A DNA stretch of 64,000 nt from Haliotis rubra (taxonomy: Eukaryota). The position numbers were made by a program, and so were the translations under genes. The notes beneath the pieces are model-generated. The model was given only the letters and a program-made list of their open reading frames with translations, ran no database searches and had not been told where the DNA came from. Shown piece after piece: positions 54,481 through 64,000 of the stretch (its first letter is position 1; each line of letters opens with the position of its first letter). The stretch covers positions 310,001 through 374,000 of the forward strand of contig NW_025767123.1 in assembly GCF_003918875.1 (NCBI RefSeq), in the 5' to 3' direction.

Positions 54481-55561
54481 GGGTATGACTCAGATCAAAG
54501 AAAATGTGATGTAAATAATGCGTGAGGCTGGATGTACAAGGAAAGTAACATAAGACATTTTTAACCATTCGATCAACGAGTGACGCAGTGATTTGCGAAT
54601 CCCCGTCAAGCGTTGCTGACCTTAGCTGTACCAGAAATTGCAGATCTCAAATTCTAGTTTCACATCAATAATGATCATCGTGAAGCATTCGCCCTACCAG
54701 ACAAAACCGGCATATGCCTGAATTACTGCTCAGTATAACGCTGAAGCAAACCTGCTTGTTTTCGTTACAATGAAATGCCTTGATATGCTTTAAACTCCTC
54801 GAAGAAGATTATTTTTATAAAGTCCGTAGCCACATTATCTGTTGTCGTGAACAAGTACAAATATTTCAAGCTAAAAAACACAATAATGAAGACAATAACA
54901 TACAAGTCAAATCCAAGAGTTATGCTGTTCTTTTCATCAAAGATGTGATATTAGAGAGAAATACATCAAATAATCTTAATTGAAATCTCCTTGATCTCCA
55001 GAGACGCCTCCAGCAACCACCGAGACAGTAAAGAGTAAGGACATGGCTAACACTAAACATAACGTTCTATATCATTTTAAAAAAATCTGACGGATGTGTC
55101 CACAAAAAGTAATAGAAACTTTACTTCATGATGTGATTTTGAAACGTTTGGCCAAACTAAAAGCAGGCAGCTGAGTCAGAAAAAGAATGAAATTTGAAAT
55201 CTGTACACAAGTGAAATTATGCTTAGAATGTATGTAACATTGAGACAACAAAATCAGGTTTCGCCAACGCCATTCTCCCAATATTTTACCAATGTTGTTT
55301 AATCAAAGAAACGTGATATTATAAACCCCTACATGATCAGATGAAATTTGAGTCCATTGTACGACTCGGACTATGTGATAGCAAGAGATGATGCCAATAC
55401 TGTTCCCCTGATAAAATCAAGAGAATATGTGGTACAAACTATTCTGGTGGAAAGGTTATAAAGTTGAACGTTAAGCACAATGCCTTTCACAATGTGGTCA
55501 AATGTACATATGTTATATTTGCTTTCTTTGTTAAGTACAAAATCATTTGCTTCATTTTTGT

Positions 55562-55928
55562 GGAAGCCTCGGTAACTGGGTTAAATCGCTGATCTTGTAT
55601 GCTGCAGACTTGGTTCCTCATTCTGAGAGTGTGGGTTCGTCCCAGATGAGGCACAACACCCAAAGGTATCAACCTTTGGCACCCATGAAGATCCAGGTTA
55701 GAAAATGTTCTTCAGCAATCTACGCTTGTCTTAAAAGACGATTGACGGAATCGGGTTGTCACACTTGCTAATTTGGTTGACAAATGCCAGCGTGTACCTA
55801 CTGCGTTGATCGATACTGATGCTGTTCGTCACCGAATTGTCAGGCCCAGACTCGAATATTTACAGACCGCAGCCATATAGCTGGAATATTGCTGAGAGAG
55901 GCGTTTAACAACAAACCAACCAAACCAA
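55562..55928 (+). mobile_element. Old SINE family 2 copy retaining a tRNA-like head
   Basis: A-box-like ggtaactgggttaaatcgc and B-box-like gggttcg precede acccatgaagatccaggttag (55681); family 2 tail. Confidence 0.7.
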
Positions 55929-57054
55929 ATATCACATTTTGCCACTTTGTGAGCGTGATTTTGTATGGAATGTTGACTTTTGAAAGTTTAAGTATTGTCA
56001 TAGACTCTTGCGGAAAGCATGTTTTTCTACACATGAAACATATGCCTCATGAGGACCTTTCACTGGTCTGTTCTGGTTCTGATTTTAACGATATCAGATT
56101 ATCGATTTATCTGAAGCTTATGTTATCCTCGCAGAAGATCGTGGTCATGATTTTGCGCATCCAACCAGATACGTCTAGTTAAACGCGTAAACAAATACAT
56201 ATTTGTCAGTAAATAGGAGGGTACAAGAGTGTGACAATGTCGATGCCCACATTTTACCTCATGGAAATTCTTCATTTCTTATATTGATCAGGGAAGGGTT
56301 CGTTTGTCTTGCTGGCATAAGCAAGCCGTGGGTGGGAATCTCGGATATCTCTAATTATAAAGAGATATTTTTATAACCAAATAGGGTCACTTTCAGCTTT
56401 CTTCCGATTTAACTGTAATGCTGTTCAAATCGGTTTTAAGTCAAGTTTATTATATGGCCATATTTTATGTGCTCTCACTAGCTCGCAACCCATATTATAA
56501 CCTGCAACTGAGTGATGAAGTGTAATACTGTCCAGTTTCGTTGTGCCGAACATACCGTTGTCTCGAAGTGAATTCCTTCTTTATTCTTTATCTTACCTCG
56601 GATAAATCGAATTATTGCCAGAAATGCCTTTAACTTCGACACAACGGTGTTTAAATAGCTGCACATATTACTCTAACCATATTCAGCGTGATGTCTTAGC
56701 GAAAATGGTATAAACTATTAGCCCCATAAAGGCAGCTGCCTACCGTGGAAGATACAAAATATTTTGCTGAGTGTACTTACAGTATTGTCCTATACAGCAA
56801 GATATGTTTTAATCATGGTTTTGGTGAATTTCAAAGGCTTACAGAAGGAAATCTCGATCTATAAACCTCTGCAATTATTCAGATTTGGTATGTAATTTAC
56901 TGCCTGAAGTAATACCCAATAAATGTTTATTATTAATCCATTGCTAACCTGAAACACACAAACTCCATACACTGCATATCAAGATGAAGCCATTAGTTGC
57001 AATCACATGGCTGTAGGGAGAACTGCCAGTTCAAGATCTGAAGGTGAATGTAAT

Positions 57055-57234
57055 NNNNNNNNNNNNNNNNNNNNNNNNNNNNNNNNNNNNNNNNNNNNNN
57101 NNNNNNNNNNNNNNNNNNNNNNNNNNNNNNNNNNNNNNNNNNNNNNNNNNNNNNNNNNNNNNNNNNNNNNNNNNNNNNNNNNNNNNNNNNNNNNNNNNNN
57201 NNNNNNNNNNNNNNNNNNNNNNNNNNNNNNNNNN
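57055..57234. other. Assembly gap (180 N)
   Basis: Run of N. Confidence 1.
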
Positions 57235-57743
57235 TGACATTCATCGTCCAAAACAAATTGGCGCAACTGAGTATGTCGCTTAAGTTGCTGGTGACAGGTC
57301 ACTGTAAACTGTAATGTGTCAAAATTGGTTCCACAGATGTCGATGGTGGGGTTGAGCAGCGTAAAGACGTCGTCCGTTTTCACGTCTCTTCCTGAGTTTG
57401 AGACACGTGTCTTTTGGTGTCGTTGTGCAAGTGTTGTGATGGTTCTCAAATGACGGCCTGCTTGTCAGCCTACAGCAGTTATCGACCATCAGTACTCCAG
57501 GGACCGTGCCTCCTGAACATCGTTGATTTTAACAGTAAACCTCCGTGTCTTCATGTATCTGACAGTATGTGACAGAATGTGAAGATGATCATCTTATTAA
57601 TGAATGGTGGCGATTGGGATGTTTTTTATATTGTAATAATCATCTTTAAACCATGTACAGTATGAATTCTTCCTTAGTGCTCCTCTCCTTCTATTACTAT
57701 GTAATCTGTTCATTGTTTTATCTCAATCGTTAGCTATTCTACA

Positions 57744-57897
57744 GGGGTAGCCTAGTGGTTAAAGCGTTCGCTTGTCACGCCGAAGGCCCGGGTTCGATTC
57801 CCCACATGGGTACAATGTATGAAGCACATTTCTGGTGTCCCCCGCCGTGATATTGCTAGAACATTGTTAAAGGCGACGTAAAACCCAACTCACTCAC
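57744..57897 (+). mobile_element. SINE family 1
   Basis: 13-bp TSD tagctattctaca / tagttattctaca; empty site at ~34015-34030. Confidence 0.92.
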
Positions 57898-58095
57898 TAG
57901 TTATTCTACAGGTTACTTTGTGTATATATACGTGAGCACACAATATCTTAAAGGTGTTGGAAATCTTTGCGTCTCGTAAACGTGAAGCGTCAGTGCCAGA
58001 TTACAGTTGGTCGAACACGTCATGGTCAAATTATGGAAATCTTTTTGTCCTGAAACCCTCCAGAAGTCATTTTGCTCAATTCAACGTGTTGTTTT

Positions 58096-61000
58096 TGTCC
58101 AAGAGCGTTCGTTGTGGTACTCTCGGATGGTAGTTCAAGAGGCGGAAGACAAAAGTCAGCAGTATAGTTGAAGACAGCAGCAGCCATGTTTATTATGGTT
58201 TGGGAATAATGGTCGAAATGGTACATAAGATGGAAATCACGTGACAGAACGCACATCGGGACCGAGTGGCCAATGTTCCGATGTGGAGACCCGCTCTGTC
58301 ACTTACACACATTCAGAAGTCGGACGGCGATTCTTCATCGTCGACGTAGTCGTTGGTGAGGCGACGGCCTTGGCCGACGCCCCGACTAGCCGCGCAGTCC
58401 TCGCCTCGTCTCTGACTGGTCTCCCTGCTTGGTCTCCCTGACTGACCATGTGAGTCCGGTTTTATGCATAGAGACATTACGCCACGTTGTGCAAGGTCAC
58501 TGACCTGTGCACATGTACATACATAAGATCCGCCGACGTGGGGAGATGTTAATTGACATTTACTGATGGCATTGAGAATTAAGGGTCCTGCCCTGAGGGG
58601 GGTTTATGATAAAAGGGCTACACCGAATGATTGCTGAATACATTAAACAGACAAAGGGGACAGAATTTCGGTGCACTCTGGATATATATTCAAACAATAA
58701 TGTTGTTTGAATATATGAAGTTTTACAGAAACTTATTGAAATGGTTTACTGTATGACAACACCCCTGAACGTCGTGGAGCTTTTGTCCTCAAAAGCGTTT
58801 TTTGTTTTGGAAAACAGTGACAATAATGGATGTACAAGTATACAGTAAAATACATGGGACATTGACGGGTTGACACATATTTGGTACAGGCATTGATCAT
58901 AAGTCAAATGATCGTAATGGCATTAGATTAGTTATACAGGAACGTCAAGGTAACACATGAATCGAATTGTCAACATTGGTCAGGTGTATACATAAAACAC
59001 AAGTGAGCGGAGATTCCAGCTCGTACAAAAATACATGTGAGCGGCTGCCCAGCTCGTACAAAACAAACATAATATTGGTCGTTTCCACCGAGAGGCAAAC
59101 TCCTTCTCGCGGTCGTCCATTCAGTCGGAATACCTGACAGATAAGTACACTCAAAAACATAACCTGCGTAATACGTCGTCGTTTGCATATGAATGTAATA
59201 TTTTCATGACAATAGTAAGATCTTTGAAATTGGGAGTCTTATATTGGTGAGCCTAGACTCGGCAAGGCTAGCAGATGTAGATGTGATCTGCACTAAAAAG
59301 TAGAATTGGCATGAGAAAAAAAATAAACCTAACCAACTTCAAAAGTCTAACCGAAAGTTAATGAAAACTTAATTCAAGTGAAATTGGCTCGAAGATATTA
59401 TAGCGAATTGTATATTGTGTGCCAGAGACCATAAAAGTATTATGCACAAGGATACTAAATTTTCGCCGGTATCTTAATTAGGCACAAAAACACATTGGCA
59501 AAACGAAGAAGTAGGATATAGACTGGATAATCAGTCTCCACTAAATAAGCTTGGTAAGCCATAACTTATTATACTTCTACGACTACTATTACCACATGAA
59601 AAGATTCAGCCGTTTTTCCCAAAGAGTAAATATGGTATTGCATTACTCGTTATAAGCTATTGTCTATAGCAATAGTTATAGAGGAACAAATTATTAGAAA
59701 AATCCTTGAAACCGGGAGTCTGATTTGAATGGGACGACTCGGAACCCGCAGATAGCGTTGATCTGCATTAAATGCGTATATGCGTAGGGCGTAGTATATG
59801 TAGTAGAGTAAGAGCCTAACCGATTTCAAAAACTTAATCTAATAAAGATGTACGTCTCATAACATCACATACAGATTGCAATATATACTCAATAGATGAA
59901 AATACGACAAATATAAACGCACGTGAAACAATGACTGGAGAGGATTCCACATACCTGGCATGAACAAGAATGCCCGAGAGAAAACGTATAAACACAAAAA
60001 CGTTGAGAGAGTTCAAAAACATTCACATACATTGTCACACACACATAATGTGAAGCACTTGCAGAAGAATCTTGAGGCTTGTTGACTTGATCTTGAAGGA
60101 TGGTTTGAAAGTTGTTGTACTCACAAATGGACTTTGCTCGGTCTGGTTTGTTGTTGTGGATGACTTTGTGAAGTTTGCTGGCTATGGGCTGCTGTCTCGC
60201 TGATGATCGTCGGGACGGCTGGTCTGTCTGCATGTTGTCTTCTCCGTTCTTCCGCCAAGATGGCGGCCGGCGTTGACGCTGCTCTTGTCTACCACCATCT
60301 CTGAACTACCCGTTGCTTTGCTGCGAGTTAGGGTAGGGGAATCGTGCGTGAGTCACAGCAAACTCACGCTACCCGGATATTTCTCCACCATCTGTCCAAG
60401 AGCGTTGTGGTACTCTCGGATGGTAGTTCAAGAGGCGGAAGACAAAAGTCAGCAGTATAGTTGAAGACAGCAGCAGCCATGTTTATTATGGTTTTCGGAA
60501 TAATGGTCGAAATGGTACATAAGATGGAAATCACGTGACAGAACGCACATCGGGACCGAGTGGCCAATGTTCCCGATGTGGAGACCCGCTCTGTCACTTA
60601 CACACATTCAGAAGTCGGACGGCGATTCTTCATCGTCGACGTAGTCGTTGGTGAGGCGACGGCCTTGGCCGACGCCCCGACTAGCCGCGCAGTCCTCGCC
60701 TGGTCTCTGACTGGTCTCCCTGCTTGGTCTCCCTGACTGACCATGTGAGTCCGGTTTTATGCATAGAGACATTACGCCACGTTGTGCAAGGTCACTGACC
60801 TGTGCACATGTACATACATAAGATCCGCCGACGTGGGGAGATGTTAATTGACATTTACTGATTGCATTGAGAATTAAGGGTCCTGCCCTGAGGGGGGTTT
60901 ATGATAAAAGGGCTACACCGAATGATTGCTGAATACATTAAACAGACAAAGGGGACAGAATTTCGGTGCACTCTGGATATATATTCAAACAATAATGTTG

Positions 61001-64000
61001 TTTGAATATATGAAGTTTTACAGAAACTTATTGAAATGGTTTACTCTATGACAACACCCCTGAACGTCGTGGAGCTTTTGTCCTCAAAAGCGTTTTTTGT
61101 TTGGAAAACAGTGACAATAATGGATGTACAAGTATACAGTAAAATACATGGGACATTGACGGGTTGACACATATTTGGTACAGGCATTGATCATAAGTCA
61201 AATGATCGTAATGGCATTAGATTAGTTATACAGGAACGTCAAGGTAATACATGAATCGAATTGTCAACATTGGTCAGGTGTATACATAAAACACAAGTGA
61301 GCGGAGATTCCAGCTCGTACAAAATACATGTGAGCGGCTGCCCAGCTCGTACAAAACAAACATAATATTGGTCGTTTCCACCGAGAGGCAAACTCCTTCT
61401 CGCGGTCGTCCATACAGTCGGAATACCTGACTGATAAGTACACTCAAAAATATAATGTGCGTAATACGTCGTCGTTTGCATATGAATGTAATATTTTCAT
61501 GACAATAGTAAGATCTTTGAAATTGGGAGTCTTATATTGGTGAGCCTAGACTCGGCAAGGCTAGCAGATGTAGATGTGATCTGCACTAAAAGTAGAATTG
61601 GCATGAGAAAAAAAAAATAAACCTAACCAACTTCAAAAGTCTAACCGAAAGTTAATGAAAACTTAATTCAAGTGAAATTGGCTCGAAGATATTTTAGCGA
61701 ATTGTATATTGTGTGCCAGAGACCATAAAAGTATTATGCACAAGGATACTAAATTTTCGCCGGTATCATAATTAGGCACAAAACACATTGGCAAAACGAA
61801 GAAGTAGGATATAGACTGGATAATCAGTCTCCACTAAATAAGCTTGGTAAGCCATAACTTATTATACTTCTACGACTACTATTACCACATGAAAAGATTC
61901 AGCCGTTTTTCACAAAGAGTAAATATGGTATTGCATAACTCGTTATAAGCTATTGTCTATAGCAATAGTTATAGAGGAACAAATTATTAGAAAAATCCTT
62001 GAAACCGGGAGTCTGATTTGAATGGGACGACTCGGAACCCGCAGATAGCGTTGATCTGCATTAAATGCGTATATGCGTAGGGCGTAGTATATGTAGTAGA
62101 GTAAGAGCCTAACCGATTTCAAAAACTTAATCTAATAAAGATGTACGTCTCATAACATCACATACAGATTGCAATATATACTCAATAGATGAAAATACGA
62201 CAAATATAAACGCACGTGAAACAATGACTGGAGAGGATTCCACATACCTGGCATGAACAAGAATGCCCGAGAGAAAACGTATAAACACAAAAACGTTGAG
62301 AGAGTTCAAAAACATTCACATACATTGTCACACACACATAATGTGAAGCACTTGCAGAAGAATCTTGAGGCTTGTTGACTTGATCTTGAAGGATGGTTTG
62401 AAAGTTGTTGTACTCACAAATGGACTTTGCTCGGTCTGGTTTGTTGTTGTGGATGACTTTGTGAAGTTTGCTGGCTATGGGCTGCTGTCTCGCTGATGAT
62501 CGTCGGGTCGGCTGGTCTGTCTGCATGTTGTCTTCTCCGTTCTTCCGCCAAGATGGCGGCCGGCGTTGACGCTGCTCTTGTCTACCACCATCTCTGAACT
62601 ACCCGTTGCTTTGCTGCGAGTTAGGGTAGGGGAATCGTGCGTGAGTCACAGCAAACTCACGCTACCCGGATATTTCTCCACCATCTGTCCAAGAGCGTAC
62701 GTTGTGGTACTCTCGGATGGTAGTTCAAGAGGCGGAAGACAAAAGTCAGCAGTATAGTTGAAGACAGCAGCAGCCATGTTTATTATGGTTGGGGAATAAT
62801 GGTAGAAATGGTACATAAGATGGAAATCACGTGACAGAACGCACATCGGGACCGAGTGGCCAATGTTCCCGATGTGGAGACCCGCTCTGTCACTTACACA
62901 CATTCAGAAGTCGGACGGCGATTCTTCATCGTCGACGTAGTCGTTTGTGAGGCGACGGCCTTGGCCGACGCCCCGACTAGCCGCACAGTCCGTCCGCTTC
63001 GGTGGATGATCTGGGCCCGTTTCGTCGCGTCGTCTCTGACTGGTCTTCCTGTTTGGTCTCTCTGACTGACCATGTGAGTCCGGTTTTATGCATAGGGACA
63101 TTACGCCACGTTGTGCAAGGTCACTGACCTGTGCACATGTACATACGTAAGATCCGCCGACGTGGGGAGATGTTAATTGACATTTACTGATGGCATTGAA
63201 GATTAAGGGTCCTGCCCTGAGGGGGGGTTATGATAAAAGGGCCACACCGAATGATTGCTGAATACATTAGACAGACAAAGTGGATAGAATTTCGGTGCAC
63301 TTTGGATATATATGGAAACAATTATGTTGTTTGAATATATGAAGTTTTACAGCAACTTATTGAAATGGTTTACTCTATGACAACACTATGACAACACCCC
63401 TGAACGTCGTGGAGCTTTTGTCCTCAAAAGCGTTTTTTTGTTTGGAAAATAGTGACAATATTGGATGTACAAGTATACAGTAAAATACATGGGACATTGA
63501 CGGGTTGACAAATATTTGGTACAGGCATTGATCATAAGTCAAATGATCAAAACGGCATTAGATTAGTTATACAGGAACGTCAAGGTAATACATGAATCGA
63601 ATTGTCATCATTGGTCAGGTGTATACACAAAACACAAGTGAGCGGAGATTCCAGCTCGTACAAAAATACATGTGAGCGGCTGCCCAGCTCGTACACGGTA
63701 CAAAACAAACACAATATTTGTCGTTTCCATACAATCGGAATATCTGACTGATAAGTACACACAAAAACATAATGTGCGTAATACGTCGTCGTTTGCATAT
63801 GAATGTAATATTTTCATGACAACAGTAAGATCTTTGAAATTGGGAGTCTTATATTGGTGAGCCTAGACTCGGCAAGGCTAGCAGATGTAGATGTGATCTG
63901 CACTAAAAGTAGAATTGGCATGAGGAAAAACAACAAAAAAACCTAACCAACTTCAAAAGTCTAACCGAAAGTCAATGAAAAATTAATTCAAGTGAAATTG
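58096..64000. repeat. Tandem array of a ~2.3-kb unit (at least 2.6 copies, runs off the window)
   Basis: tgtccaagagcg starts at 58096, 60393 and 62686 (periods 2297 and 2293). Confidence 0.95.
60180..60780. promoter_or_regulatory. CpG-rich promoter-like block in the array unit (repeated at ~62470-63110)
   Basis: YY1 consensus AAGATGGCGG (60257-60266), AP-1 TGAGTCA (60349-60355), E-box TCACGTGA (60531-60538), CCAAT at ~60564, high CpG density. Confidence 0.45.

Noticed and set aside
60200-60305. Hammerhead ribozyme or C/D snoRNA from CTGATGA...CTGA
   Set aside because: No GAAA after the putative stem II, no terminal stem and no convincing rRNA guide.
60325-60340. Telomerase RNA template (gagttagggtagg)
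   Set aside because: Not a clean 1.5-repeat template, no H/ACA or pseudoknot support seen, and it is multi-copy.
60690-60715. HDV-like ribozyme loop cag-tcctcgc-ctg
   Set aside because: P1/P1.1 geometry does not fit, and copy 3 shows the motif sits at an indel junction.

Overview
AT-rich eukaryotic DNA with two assembly gaps (4081-4214, 57055-57234). The SINE families suggest a gastropod mollusc, possibly abalone (inference). No intact host gene is evident, and most ORF-track entries are spurious or antisense to decayed sequence. The window has four layers. (1) A mosaic of direct, tandem and inverted segmental duplications. (2) Many mobile elements: two dead copies of one non-LTR ORF2, a second LINE 3' fragment, a Tc1 DD34E fragment, TTAA-flanked Kolobok-like and hAT-like non-autonomous elements, and four SINE families, many with target-site duplications (TSDs) and empty paralogous sites. 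(3) Inside the duplicated DNA, more than 25 decayed copies of about 8 exon-like modules. Read through stops and frameshifts, they give C-type-lectin-like (CTLD) and CUB-like motifs, which suggests a scrambled graveyard of a CUB/CTLD mosaic gene family. (4) A young ~2.3-kb tandem array from 58096 to the window end, each unit carrying a CpG-rich promoter-like block. All domain and family assignments are by-eye motif recognition and need HMM or BLAST confirmation.
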